A stretch of DNA of 63,142 bases, counting the filler, from Candidatus Zapsychrus exili (GTDB lineage: Bacteria; Omnitrophota; Gorgyraeia; Zapsychrales; Zapsychraceae): assembly GCA_030765585.1 (NCBI GenBank). It is 11 parts of 11 records of this genome, joined end to end, with 100 filler letters (N's around TTAATTAATTAA, not from the genome) between each part and the next. Parts side by side here need not be neighbours in the genome. Positions count along the whole stretch, not along the records: positions 1 to 3,339 come from JAVCCJ010000124.1; positions 3,440 to 7,587 come from JAVCCJ010000128.1; positions 7,688 to 11,717 come from JAVCCJ010000056.1; 8 more parts are not named here. One strand, 5' to 3'. The notes beneath the pieces were generated by a model, which saw nothing but the letters and a program-made list of their open reading frames with translations, searched no databases and was not told the DNA's origin. Below are positions 1-10,187 of the stretch, in pieces (position 1 is the first letter of the stretch; every line of letters begins with the position of its first letter). The translations under genes and the position numbers were made by a program.

Positions 1-294
1 CTTCAGTAATAAATCCTTGTGAGATTTGCCATTGAATTCACCAAATGGAGATTTATGAAGCGTAGGAGGTTTGGGTTTTCCTTCTATGATATAGCACACA
101 ATCTTAATAGTTTCTTCCGGGGCCTTATAGACGAATTCACTTAATAAATCTAAACCCTCAAACACAGATTCGTTATCTTGAGATTTTTTAATGTCAACAA
201 AAATATCACGCGCAAATTTAGCAAGGGATTTATCGACCCCCTGGTTATTTAGAATCATTAACCTTGATAAAATTTGTTTCTTTTTATTATTCAT
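1..294 (-). CDS. Hypothetical protein, 3'-truncated by the window edge (MNNKKKQILSRLMIL...)
   Basis: My translation gives an open frame from ATG 294-292 to base 1 (98 codons). The ATG overlaps the HNH gene stop (ATGA). Not in the ORF track. Confidence 0.75.
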   Translation of the reverse strand, partial: MNNKKKQILSRLMILNNQGVDKSLAKFARDIFVDIKKSQDNESVFEGLDLLSEFVYKAPEETIKIVCYIIEGKPKPPTLHKSPFGEFNGKSHKDLLLK

Positions 295-953
295 ATTTCC
301 GCAAACATTGTTAAGAGTTTCGATAAATCTAACTTACCCTTGGTAATGAGTTCGTCTAGGGCTATTCTTGCATCAGCACTATTCTGTAGAGAAACCAAGC
401 TTCCAACGATGCTAGTTGCATTTAATTTCTGCAGGTGCGCAATAATTCTTTCCTCTTCTTCTGCATTAATATTTAAGAACGTTCTTACTGTTTCTCGCGT
501 CTGTGCACCGCGGTCATCAATATAAAATTCCGGGATTAAGTATATGAAACATTGATAAAAAATAAGTTTATCGCCGTAATCATTCAATACAGCTTGATAT
601 TTTAGTTTAAGGTCAACGAAATCTTTTGATGCGGAAATCTTTGATGATCGCTGAAAATATTCTAACTCTTGCGCAAGCCGAGAGGGAATATCATTTTCCT
701 CTCTCACTTTTCTTTTGCATTCTCTCAAGTCTTGTGCTGATATCTTCCCCTCATGAACCATTCCATGACAGTTAGCACATAAAAACGCAAGATTTTCGGG
801 ATTATTGTTTTCTCTATTTCCATCAATATGATGCATACGGAAAGAAACTCGTTCCTTACAAGCAATACAAGCAAAGCGGGCCTCAATCTTAACCTCTCGC
901 TGAGTTATAGTAGGTATATTGGGTCGCGGGTTGGAATATTTTTTGACGCTCAT
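291..953 (-). CDS. HNH endonuclease with a C-terminal helical domain
   Basis: CIAC...HHIDGNRENNNPENLAFLCANCH is a Zn-binding HNH signature. Confidence 0.85.
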   Translation of the reverse strand: MSVKKYSNPRPNIPTITQREVKIEARFACIACKERVSFRMHHIDGNRENNNPENLAFLCANCHGMVHEGKISAQDLRECKRKVREENDIPSRLAQELEYFQRSSKISASKDFVDLKLKYQAVLNDYGDKLIFYQCFIYLIPEFYIDDRGAQTRETVRTFLNINAEEEERIIAHLQKLNATSIVGSLVSLQNSADARIALDELITKGKLDLSKLLTMFAEI

Positions 954-1075
954 TTTCTTTTTTCAATAATTTTAATTTCCTCTGATGTTAGGCCTTAGAG
1001 TTTATAAACCAATTGGTCAATTTGATGTTCGTATTCTTTGACCTTTTTTTGTTTGGATTCATCATTTATTTTTTG
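950..1075 (-). pseudogene. C-terminal remnant of a Type IIG/Eco57I-like RM enzyme
   Basis: Translates as EYEHQIDQLVYKL*GLTSEEIKIIEKRK*, matching the typical IDxLVYxLYGLTxEEIxIIE terminus, with TAA (997-995) in place of Tyr. Confidence 0.7.
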
Positions 1076-1164
1076 ATTTAATTTTTAACACTACCGGCAA
1101 TGAGATTTTCAGGAAATATTTTTGCAATTTTATTGCGTCCAACTTCTTCGTCCATAAAATTATT

Positions 1165-3339
1165 TTATGGATTATTTACAAAAATTTCTTCGGGTTTATC
1201 TCTGTAATCTTTTTGAGAAATTACTGTATCATAAAGACCAATACTTTCACCTTCATGCTTATTTATTCCAGTATAGACAAGGCTTGTGTCCTCATATCTT
1301 TTAAATTTATACACTGCATCATTCATAAGTGCGCTATTAAAAACCCCAAGGCCAACGAGTATCTCAAAATCCTTTTGAGTCAGCCCAGTGACTTTTTTAA
1401 ATAAACCCGGCTCAAGCTTGGTGATCACATCCTTCAGTGTTCTTTCCCTGTAATCTGTAAGATACATAAAAACAGGAATTCGAGTAGCAAATTTAATTAA
1501 CTTTTCTTGAACTTGTTTACGAAGACTTTTATATTCTTTTTCTTCTTCTGTTAACTCTTTCTTTTCTTTTTTGTTCAGCTCTTTATCATTTGTCTCTTTT
1601 TTAATATTTTCAACAGATTCAGATTTGTTAATAATAGTCTCAATATTTTGATTTAGATTCCTAAAACCCTCAATATTCATAAGCGCATCCATCGCGGCTT
1701 TATTATCCATCAAACGTTTAAGCGTGTTGTTATCAACATTCACAAGAAGTGCACTTTCCCATCGGCGAGCGAGAAGCGTTGCAGTTGTACTACTCATCGC
1801 CATATCTAAAATTCCAGCCGCATCAATCTGCTTCATAGCACTTCCGTCATAAGCAAGAACTGGTAGAAAACTTATAAACTCCGCTACTTTGGCCTCTGGG
1901 TTAGATTCATTTACATTTAATCGGCAGCTATATTCCGCGATTTGTCTCAATGCTCGATTGGGCGCAAAGTCAAAAACGTAACATTCGTTTTTGATAACCT
2001 CTTCTTTGTTTGGAGATTTGTCGTCAGGATTTTTAATAGTCCAAGGCGACTGCACACGAAAAGCTGCTTGAAAGTATGTCTCTGGCGTCGAGCAACTACG
2101 AAGCATAAAAATACCTGCCCACGGCTTTACAGTCACACCAGTCAAAAGCTTTCCGCAGGTTAAAGTAATAGTTTTCGATTCTAAAGGATCATCCATGGCT
2201 TCAAAAACCGGCGGAAGTGCTTTTATTCCAATACCTGCACCCTGACCAGCCGCTACAACTACTTCATAATTATTATAAAAAGTATTTTGTTTCTTCTTTA
2301 GCAAATTTCGCATGGCATAACACGAAGCAACTGATGGCAAAAACCAAAGAGTATGATTGAGTAAATTTAAAAGCTCTGCGTGAGAAAAAGGCATCGGGGG
2401 CTTTTTTGCGCCTAATTTTAAATTATCTATGGTAGTTTCCATAAAAGAACCGCGTATCAAATCAAGCCATTTCTGTACTTCATCTTCGTAAATAAATTTT
2501 GCGTTTTTATCCTTACCTTCGGCAGAGAAAAATACATTTAAATCAAACTCATTAAATTCTCCCTGTTGAGCGATATCAATAATTGGATCAGGAAGCTGGT
2601 ATGTCATCATTACCATTCGCGGAAGTGAGGCGTAAGGATTAGTCGCTACCTTATCACTCCATGATTCTTTTGCTTTTTGCTCATCCGAGTATGTCCAGTT
2701 ATATATTTGTTCCTCGATGAATTCTCCTGATGCAATTGCTCTAAAGGGCGTCCCCGAAAGGTATAAATATGCCTCTGTCTTGATAGGTAATATCTTCTCA
2801 TCAAAATCTTCTAACCCTTGCCCTTCGGCAAATTCTTTTTCTTTTTTTTCTTCTGCCTCAAAAAGTTCTTTAGCATTCTCGCGCCATGCCCCATAATGAT
2901 ATTCATCAAAAACAATACAATTCCATTTAGTTTTATGCACCCACTCGTTTTTTGTTTTTATTCCGCCCGTGCTTTTGTTTTTACCTAAATAATCCTGAAA
3001 AGAACCGAAGCATACAAATGGCTTTTTAGTATCAATATCTTTATGCCAAAGTGTATTCTCTGAAGCAGAAATAAACTGCCAACCCTGAAAGTCAACATGC
3101 TCTTTTAAATCATCATCCCACGCGCTTTCCACTGCTGGCTTAAAAGTTATTACCAAAATCTTCGTCCAGCCCATTTCTTTTGCCAGTTGATAGGTCGCAA
3201 AGGTTTTACCAAAACGCATTTTGGCATTCCACAAAAAATGCGGAGTTCTATCAGGATTTACTTTTTTATAACTTGCAAAATATGCCTCGGTTTTTTCTAC
3301 CGCAGCTTTTTGCTCCGGACGCATTTTAAAATTTAATTC
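1165..3339 (-). CDS. Restriction-associated SF2 (ResIII/DEAD-like) helicase/endonuclease, probably 5'-truncated at the contig edge
   Basis: Walker A variant NAKMRFGKT, DEYH, LSGTP and YFQAAFRVQ. The frame is open upstream of the called Met (ELNFKMRPEQ) to the contig edge. Confidence 0.8.
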   Translation of the reverse strand, partial: ELNFKMRPEQKAAVEKTEAYFASYKKVNPDRTPHFLWNAKMRFGKTFATYQLAKEMGWTKILVITFKPAVESAWDDDLKEHVDFQGWQFISASENTLWHKDIDTKKPFVCFGSFQDYLGKNKSTGGIKTKNEWVHKTKWNCIVFDEYHYGAWRENAKELFEAEEKKEKEFAEGQGLEDFDEKILPIKTEAYLYLSGTPFRAIASGEFIEEQIYNWTYSDEQKAKESWSDKVATNPYASLPRMVMMTYQLPDPIIDIAQQGEFNEFDLNVFFSAEGKDKNAKFIYEDEVQKWLDLIRGSFMETTIDNLKLGAKKPPMPFSHAELLNLLNHTLWFLPSVASCYAMRNLLKKKQNTFYNNYEVVVAAGQGAGIGIKALPPVFEAMDDPLESKTITLTCGKLLTGVTVKPWAGIFMLRSCSTPETYFQAAFRVQSPWTIKNPDDKSPNKEEVIKNECYVFDFAPNRALRQIAEYSCRLNVNESNPEAKVAEFISFLPVLAYDGSAMKQIDAAGILDMAMSSTTATLLARRWESALLVNVDNNTLKRLMDNKAAMDALMNIEGFRNLNQNIETIINKSESVENIKKETNDKELNKKEKKELTEEEKEYKSLRKQVQEKLIKFATRIPVFMYLTDYRERTLKDVITKLEPGLFKKVTGLTQKDFEILVGLGVFNSALMNDAVYKFKRYEDTSLVYTGINKHEGESIGLYDTVISQKDYRDKPEEIFVNNP

Positions 3340-3439
3340 NNNNNNNNNNNNNNNNNNNNNNNNNNNNNNNNNNNNNNNNNNNNTTAATTAATTAANNNNN
3401 NNNNNNNNNNNNNNNNNNNNNNNNNNNNNNNNNNNNNNN
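3340..3439. other. Artificial contig spacer
   Basis: N44-TTAATTAATTAA-N44. Confidence 0.99.
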
Positions 3440-3440
3440 C

Positions 3441-3497
3441 CCTGAGAAAAGTCAAACTTTAGGATTAAAAATACTAGAAAACTTTAACAATATTTAA
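3441..3497 (+). CDS. hisH: Imidazole glycerol phosphate synthase HisH, C-terminal fragment
   Basis: PEKSQTLGLKILENFNNI* (the HPEKS motif end), directly upstream of hisA. Confidence 0.85.
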   Translation, partial: PEKSQTLGLKILENFNNI

Positions 3498-3499
3498 AT

Positions 3500-4228
3500 A
3501 TGATAATTTTTCCAGCAATTGACATAAAAGACGGTCGTGTGGTTAGACTCCTTCAAGGAAAGTTTGATAGAGTCACGCAATACTCTAAAGATCCAGTATC
3601 AACTGCAAAATATTGGCAAGAAAAAGGTGCGGAATGGATTCACGTAGTTGATCTTGACGGCGCCTTAACTGGAAAAGTCAAGAATTTTGAAACGATAAAA
3701 AACATTGTAGAAGCTGTTGATGTTCCTATTCAAATTGGTGGAGGAATCAGAGAAGAGAAAGACATAGAAAAACTTATTGATGCTGGCGTATCTAGAGTCA
3801 TCCTAGGAACAAAAGTAGCTAACAACATACCTTTTCTAGAAAAAGTAACAGCTAAATGGCCTGATAAGATTGCTGTAAGCCTTGATTGTTCAGATGGAAT
3901 TGTTCTTAAAAAAGGATGGACATCATCCACAAACATAAAGGCAATTGATTTAGTAAAAGACCTAAACAAGCTTAATATTTCCTGCATTATTTATACTGAT
4001 GTTGCAACAGACGGAATGATGAGTGGTCCTAACTTTAAAGCCTTAGAAGAACTTATAGAAAAAACAAATATTCCAATTATTGCATCTGGCGGCGTATCAA
4101 ATTTAAAAGATCTTGATAAACTTGCAAAACTTGAAGATAAGGGCGTGATGGGAGCAATAACAGGAAAAGCAATATACGAAGGAAGATTTGATTTAAAAGA
4201 AGCTATTCAGATAACGAGGAAGAATTAG
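3500..4228 (+). CDS. hisA: ProFAR isomerase
   Basis: [30 protein letters not shown]. Confidence 0.97.
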   Translation: MIIFPAIDIKDGRVVRLLQGKFDRVTQYSKDPVSTAKYWQEKGAEWIHVVDLDGALTGKVKNFETIKNIVEAVDVPIQIGGGIREEKDIEKLIDAGVSRVILGTKVANNIPFLEKVTAKWPDKIAVSLDCSDGIVLKKGWTSSTNIKAIDLVKDLNKLNISCIIYTDVATDGMMSGPNFKALEELIEKTNIPIIASGGVSNLKDLDKLAKLEDKGVMGAITGKAIYEGRFDLKEAIQITRKN

Positions 4229-4229
4229 A

Positions 4230-4985
4230 ATGCTGACAAAACGAATAATACCTTGTTTAGATGTTAAAGATGGTCGCGTTGTAAAAGGAATCAACTTTGT
4301 AAACTTACGTGATGCAGGAGACCCTGTAGACATCGCAGAAATCTATGATAAATGTAAAGCAGATGAAATTGTATTTCTAGACATTACCGCAAGTCATGAA
4401 AAGCGATCTATAATCATAGACGTACTTAAAAAAACAGCTGAAAAAGTTTTTATGCCTCTAACTGTGGGTGGCGGAATAAACTCTTTAGAGGACATAAGAG
4501 AACTTCTTAATGCTGGAGCAGATAAAGTGTCCATAAACACATCTGCCGTTAAGAATCCAGAGCTTATAAAGCAAGCTTCTGATAAATTCGGAAGCCAATG
4601 CATAGTTGTCGCTATTGACGCCAAAAAAGAAGAAGGCAATTGGCAAGTATACATACATGGCGGAAGGACTCCTACAGGACAAGACGCAATAGAGTGGGCA
4701 AAGCAAACAGAAAAGCTTGGAGCCGGAGAAATTCTTTTAACTAGCATGGATTTTGATGGAACAAAAAATGGATACGACATAGAACTTACAAATGCAATAT
4801 GTACTGCTGTTAATATTCCAGTTATCGCATCTGGCGGTGCTGGCAAATTAGAAGATTTTAGCGAAATACTAAGCAAAACAACTGCTGATGCAGCACTTGC
4901 CGCATCAGTGTTTCATTACGGAGAATTATCCGTAGAAGAAGTGAAAAACTTTTTAAAGAAAGAAGGGATTAAGGTTAGAATATGA
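4230..4985 (+). CDS. hisF: Imidazole glycerol phosphate synthase cyclase subunit
   Basis: [31 protein letters not shown]. Confidence 0.98.
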   Translation: MLTKRIIPCLDVKDGRVVKGINFVNLRDAGDPVDIAEIYDKCKADEIVFLDITASHEKRSIIIDVLKKTAEKVFMPLTVGGGINSLEDIRELLNAGADKVSINTSAVKNPELIKQASDKFGSQCIVVAIDAKKEEGNWQVYIHGGRTPTGQDAIEWAKQTEKLGAGEILLTSMDFDGTKNGYDIELTNAICTAVNIPVIASGGAGKLEDFSEILSKTTADAALAASVFHYGELSVEEVKNFLKKEGIKVRI

Positions 4986-5350
4986 CATCAAAAAAAAGAG
5001 TAGATACTCCAGAAACAATCAAAATAACACCTAGGACTTTAAAAAAACTAAAATTTAATAAAGACGGACTTATTCCAACTATCGTGCAAGACTACAAAAC
5101 AAACGAAGTCTTAATGCTTGCATATATGAATATAGACTCTTTAAAAAATACTTTAAAGATCAAAAAAACTTGTTTTTGGTCTCGTTCAAGACAAGAATAC
5201 TGGGTAAAAGGAATGACATCAGGTCACATTCAATACGTTAAGTCAGTTAGCTATGATTGCGACTGTGATACGCTTTTGGTCAAAGTAAGACAAATTGGAT
5301 CTGCATGTCACACAATGAAAAGAAGCTGTTTTTATAGAAAAATAAAATAA
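4982..5350 (+). CDS. hisI: Phosphoribosyl-AMP cyclohydrolase
   Basis: WSRSR..W.KG.TSG, DCDCD, ACHT...SCF. Confidence 0.96.
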   Translation: MTSKKRVDTPETIKITPRTLKKLKFNKDGLIPTIVQDYKTNEVLMLAYMNIDSLKNTLKIKKTCFWSRSRQEYWVKGMTSGHIQYVKSVSYDCDCDTLLVKVRQIGSACHTMKRSCFYRKIK

Positions 5351-5355
5351 GACAA

Positions 5356-5386
5356 AGGGGTCGTACCCTAGGGGTACGCGACCCCT
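5356..5386. terminator. GC-rich intergenic hairpin (terminator- or REP-like)
   Basis: AGGGGTCGTACCC-TAG-GGGTACG(CG)ACCCCT between hisI and trpE. No clear U-tract on the + strand. Confidence 0.45.
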
Positions 5387-5402
5387 ACACATATAATAAA
5401 TT

Positions 5403-6905
5403 ATGCTTAAACCTAAAGAACAAGAATTTTTGAAACTAGCAAAAAAAGGGAATCTTATTCCGGTATACAGAGAAATACTACTGGATTTAGAAACGCCAGT
5501 CTCTGCCTACTTAAAAATAGCAAATAAATCAAAACATTCTTTTCTTCTAGAATCCATCGAAGGAGAGGAGAAATTTGCAAGATTTTCCTTCCTTTCTAGA
5601 GATCCTGAACTTATACTTGAAACAAAAAATAACTCTGCTAAGATTACACGTTTTGTAAAAGGCAAACCTGTTCATAAAAAGAGTTCGGTCAAAGATACTC
5701 CGCTATCTTTCATACGGCAGATAATGAGCAAATATAAGTTTGTAAACGTAGCTGGTCTGCCAAGATTCTGCGGTGGAATGGTGGGATACATTGGTTATGA
5801 CACTGTCAGGTTCTTTGAAAAATTGCCTAAAAAAACAAAAGATGACCTCAAATTACCAGATAGTCTTTTAGTTCTATCAAAAGACTTGATAATTTTTGAT
5901 CATTTAAATCATAAAATAAAAGCTGTTTCTTGCGTTTATGTAGATTCGAAAAGTACTAAGGCTCAAAAAATAAAAGAATATAAAAAGGCATTAAGCAGAA
6001 TAGATAGTCTTATATCCGACCTAGAAAAGCCTCTTCCAGCATCAAGCAAGAAGAGATCTACTAAAAAATCTAAAAAACTTAAAATTAAATCAAACTTTAC
6101 CGAAAAAGGTTTTAAGAGAATAGTTACTGAAGCTAAAAAGCAAATTAAAGCAGGGGAGATAATACAAGTAGTTCTTTCCCAACGATTTGAAGTTGATTTA
6201 AGCACAGATGCATTTAATATTTATAGGAGACTACGGGCGCTAAACCCATCACCATATATGTATTATCTAAATCTTGATGGAATTCAAATAGTGGGCTCAT
6301 CTCCTGAACTTCTTGTTAGATGCGAAAAAGGTGTAGTCGATACAAGACCTATCGCGGGCACAAGGCCAAGAGGCAAGAATGACAAAGAAGATAAACTTCT
6401 AGCCAAAGAGCTTCTAGCTGATCCTAAAGAAAAGGCTGAGCATATAATGCTCGTAGACTTAGGAAGAAATGATCTTGGGAGAATATGTAAAAAAGGTACT
6501 GTGCATCTATCAGAGTTTATGGGAATAGAAAAATACTCTCATGTAATGCATATTATAAGTAATGTAAGAGGAAGTTTACGAAAAGATAAGGATGATTTTG
6601 ATGTTCTTGAGGCTGCATTTCCAGCTGGAACAGTTTCAGGCGCGCCAAAAATAAGAGCAATGGAAATTATAGAAGACCTTGAAAAAGTCTCTCGCGGACC
6701 ATATGCAGGATGTATCGGATACTTCAGCTTTTCTGGAAACTTAGACACATGCATTACAATACGTACCATTGTTGTTAAAAATAAAAAAGCATACATACAA
6801 GCAGGTGCTGGTATAGTTAACGATTCAAATCCAGCAAAAGAATACAAAGAAACAGTTAATAAAGCAAAAGCCCAAATTATGGCTATTGAACTAGCACATA
6901 AGTAA
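5403..6905 (+). CDS. trpE: Anthranilate synthase component I
   Basis: LNPSPYM, GSSPELL, RPIAGTRPRG, AEHIMLVDLGRND, PAGTVSGAPK. Confidence 0.95.
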   Translation: MLKPKEQEFLKLAKKGNLIPVYREILLDLETPVSAYLKIANKSKHSFLLESIEGEEKFARFSFLSRDPELILETKNNSAKITRFVKGKPVHKKSSVKDTPLSFIRQIMSKYKFVNVAGLPRFCGGMVGYIGYDTVRFFEKLPKKTKDDLKLPDSLLVLSKDLIIFDHLNHKIKAVSCVYVDSKSTKAQKIKEYKKALSRIDSLISDLEKPLPASSKKRSTKKSKKLKIKSNFTEKGFKRIVTEAKKQIKAGEIIQVVLSQRFEVDLSTDAFNIYRRLRALNPSPYMYYLNLDGIQIVGSSPELLVRCEKGVVDTRPIAGTRPRGKNDKEDKLLAKELLADPKEKAEHIMLVDLGRNDLGRICKKGTVHLSEFMGIEKYSHVMHIISNVRGSLRKDKDDFDVLEAAFPAGTVSGAPKIRAMEIIEDLEKVSRGPYAGCIGYFSFSGNLDTCITIRTIVVKNKKAYIQAGAGIVNDSNPAKEYKETVNKAKAQIMAIELAHK

Positions 6906-6932
6906 ACTAACAAAAAAAGAGGAGAAGTATTC

Positions 6933-7181
6933 ATGGAAGTAAAAATAAGGCTACAAAGAATAGGTAAAGCCGCAAAAGGCCGTCGCAACTATCGCATCGT
7001 TGCCATTAGTAAAGCCAGAGCTCGTGATGGAAGGCATTTAGAGATACTAGGTCATTATGAGTCTGACAAGAATCCTGCTGCTATTTCTATTGATCACGAA
7101 AAGCTTGAAAAATGGATAAAGAACGGCGCACAAATGAGCGACACCGTTAAGTCTTTGGTAAAAAAGACAAAGAAACAATAA
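6933..7181 (+). CDS. rpsP: 30S ribosomal protein S16
   Basis: VKIRLQRIG...YRIVA...RDGRHLEILGHY. Confidence 0.96.
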   Translation: MEVKIRLQRIGKAAKGRRNYRIVAISKARARDGRHLEILGHYESDKNPAAISIDHEKLEKWIKNGAQMSDTVKSLVKKTKKQ

Positions 7182-7210
7182 ATATATACATTTAGGCGAA
7201 AGGATGTTTT

Positions 7211-7501
7211 ATGCAACCAGAACAAGCTGCTGGTCCACTTGCAGGATTGCCAATTATTCCATATGTGCTTATATTCTTGGTTTTTTATTTTCTTGTAATC
7301 AGACCGCAAAAAAATAAACAAAAAGAGTTAAAAGAACTAGCAAATAACATAGCAAAGAATGATCAAGTTGTTACAATGGGAGGGATACACGGAACTGTTG
7401 TAATGGTTAAAGAAAAAACTGTTGTAATAAGAGTTGATGATAGTACAAAAATAGAATTTGATAAAGAAGCTGTAACTACCGTTATTAAAACTAAAAACTA
7501 G
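7211..7501 (+). CDS. yajC: Preprotein translocase subunit YajC
   Basis: FYFLVIRPQK, DQVVTMGGIHG. Confidence 0.95.
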   Translation: MQPEQAAGPLAGLPIIPYVLIFLVFYFLVIRPQKNKQKELKELANNIAKNDQVVTMGGIHGTVVMVKEKTVVIRVDDSTKIEFDKEAVTTVIKTKN

Positions 7502-7509
7502 GGGTATCT

Positions 7510-7587
7510 ATGGGAAATAATCTTAGGAATAGAATTCTTATTATCTTGGCGATTACTATCGCATCTTTATTTTTTGCATTTCCTGTA
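7510..7587 (+). CDS. secD: Probable SecD N-terminal fragment (contig end)
   Basis: N-terminal TM helix directly after yajC. The assignment rests on synteny. Confidence 0.6.
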
Positions 7588-7687
7588 NNNNNNNNNNNNN
7601 NNNNNNNNNNNNNNNNNNNNNNNNNNNNNNNTTAATTAATTAANNNNNNNNNNNNNNNNNNNNNNNNNNNNNNNNNNNNNNNNNNNN
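7588..7687. other. Artificial contig spacer
   Basis: N-linker-N. Confidence 0.99.
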
Positions 7688-9216
7688 AAATATGTTTTAT
7701 AACTCATATAATTCTGAAGCACATCGAGAATGAACCCTTCTTCGATAGCCTGTCTCATAGAATAGAGATGAAATGGTTCGGGTTTACCGCTATAACCTTT
7801 TTGTCCAAATGTTTCAATCGTCTTTGCCTTGGGGGTTGCGGTAAAAGCAAAAAAACTGACATTTGGTTGGGGCCCGCGCGCTTTCATCATTTCCCTAAGT
7901 CCATCTTCGATATCATCTTCATCGCGGATCATCAATACTTTTTTCAAATCTCCAGCCATTTCACCACCCTGCGAGCTATGCGCTTCATCTACAATAACCG
8001 CATAATTACTTTTCGGCAGCTCCTTCGCCTTATCAAGCACAAAGGGAAACTTCTGTAAAGTTGTTATAATAATATTCGTTCCGCTCGCTAAAACATCCGC
8101 TAATTGCTGAGAACCCTTATCGATCTTTTCAACAACACCTCTTTTATGCTCAAACTGATAAATCGTGTCCTGAAGCTGTTGATCCAAAACAATGCGATCG
8201 GTGACAACGATAACAGAATTAAATACTCGTTTGTCCAAATTATCGTGAATGCTTGCCAAGCGATAAGCAAGCCATGCGATTGAATTGCTTTTACCGCTTC
8301 CCGCGCTATGCTGAATTAAATAATTCTTCCCAACCCCATTTATTAAAGCATCATTAGCAATTTTTCTTACTGAATCAAGCTGATGGTAACGCGGGAAAAT
8401 CATCTTCTCTTTTTTGACCTTTTTACCTTCAATCAAAAAATCCTCAACCTGCAAATGTATAAAACGCGCAAGAATATCCATCCAGCTCGTTTTCTCAAAA
8501 ACTTCTTCCCACAAATAATGGGTTTTGTGTTTTTCTTCAACAACAGGATTACCCGCTCCCTTATTGACACCTTTATTAAAAGGTAAATATCGGGTTTTAC
8601 TGCCTTGAAGCCTCGTTGTCATATAAACAACATCTGTATCAACCGCGAAATGCACAAGCGCGCGCTTTTTAAACTGAAATAAAAGCTCCCGCTCGTCTCT
8701 ATCATACTTATACTGCCGTTTAGCATTATTCACATTTTGACCGGTATAAGGATTCTTCAGTTCTATTGTTCCGACAGGAAGACCATTGAGGCTTAAAAGC
8801 ATATCAATAGAACTTTCATCTTTAGTGCTGTAATGAACCTGCCTGGTTACTGTAAGTGCATTCTTTTCGTATAAGGTTTGAGTTTCGGGATTGAGGCCGC
8901 TAACCGGTTTAAAATATGCCAACCTAAACTTTTTGCCGTAATCAATAATGCCATTTCGCAAACAATCAAGCATGCCTCTTGTGTCAAGCTCCTGATTAAG
9001 GCGGTATAAGAATTTCTTCTCTACTTCGGCGCCATGAATGTCCGCAAGCTCATCCCAGACATCTTTTTGAGTATCCTTAATAAACTGGAAAAGCACAGAA
9101 GTATCCATTGCCAGTTCGCGATTAAACTGAGCTGGATTGCCTTTTTCATAACCACCATCCGTGATAAGGCTGTTCTCTATTAATTCTTCAAATGCTCTTT
9201 CATTGGTTATACTCAT
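7688..9216 (-). CDS. hsdR: Type I restriction enzyme R subunit, 3'-truncated
   Basis: IELKN nuclease motif, QHSAGSGKS, DEAH, FTATPK. Confidence 0.93.
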
Positions 9217-10187
9217 ATTTTAAATTCCCCTTTTGACAATTTTTCATATACAAAATCTATCCAGTTTTGGTACCAATACCAATATTTAACAACTTTTGTT
9301 CCAAAACCTTTATCAGGATTTTTTCCATCATATTTCTTCCAACACCTAGTGTGCTGGTGCATACTAAATTTTTTAAACCCTCTTTTTTGAATTTCTTTAA
9401 GCACTTGCGTAGCGGAATACTTTGGTTTTTCCCTATCCTCTTTAACCCAATATTGTTCTTCGATATCTTTAGCCATTGGATCTTCGGGAGACAAAAACCT
9501 AATCACCCGATCCGCCTGCCCTTTTCGTTTTGCTGTTACTTTTGTAAACAGCAGCCGGTAAGCAAACCGTTCATTTTTTATATCATCTTCTGTAAGATTT
9601 TTTTCAAAGTCGGCAACGTAATTTTTTATGTAATTAGGAATTTTCTCTTCTTTATCCTTTATAATATCAGCTTGAGTATAATCAAGTTCAGCAAATTGTA
9701 AACTTAACGCTAATTTTTTGTCAAGCGAATACTCAAGCCCATGCAATGTTTTTAAATAGTAATTATAATTTAGTGCACATGCTTGATATCGAGCAGAAAA
9801 ATAAGAATCTAAACCTACAGCTTTTTTATGTTCAATCTGGTTGCGAAGCCCGATCAAGAACTTCAAGTTGTTCTTGGTATGTTCATCCAATGGGCATTCT
9901 TGTACTGAGATACATTGCGCCAAATCCCAATACTTATATGCACCATCTAAACGGGTAAATTTCCTTCTTCCATTTACTAACTGAAAATATCTATATTCTA
10001 CTTTCTTTTCTCGGTAATAAGCATGCAATAAATAGACCCATGCGATTATAAAAAGTACAATGAAAGATTCTGTTTTGAATGTCGTATTCGGATTATTGTA
10101 AATCTGCACTGCTGACAAAGCTGCTTCTCTTGACTTCTCAACCAATTCCCTTCTTTCCGAATATATTCTACGTTTTCTCTTAGGCAT
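9213..10187 (-). CDS. DUF3644-family protein inside the Type I RM operon
   Basis: LVEKSREAALSAVQIYNNP...FIVLFIIAW.YLLHA N-terminus and a HEPN-like RNQIEH motif. Confidence 0.75.
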   Translation of the reverse strand: MPKRKRRIYSERRELVEKSREAALSAVQIYNNPNTTFKTESFIVLFIIAWVYLLHAYYREKKVEYRYFQLVNGRRKFTRLDGAYKYWDLAQCISVQECPLDEHTKNNLKFLIGLRNQIEHKKAVGLDSYFSARYQACALNYNYYLKTLHGLEYSLDKKLALSLQFAELDYTQADIIKDKEEKIPNYIKNYVADFEKNLTEDDIKNERFAYRLLFTKVTAKRKGQADRVIRFLSPEDPMAKDIEEQYWVKEDREKPKYSATQVLKEIQKRGFKKFSMHQHTRCWKKYDGKNPDKGFGTKVVKYWYWYQNWIDFVYEKLSKGEFKI

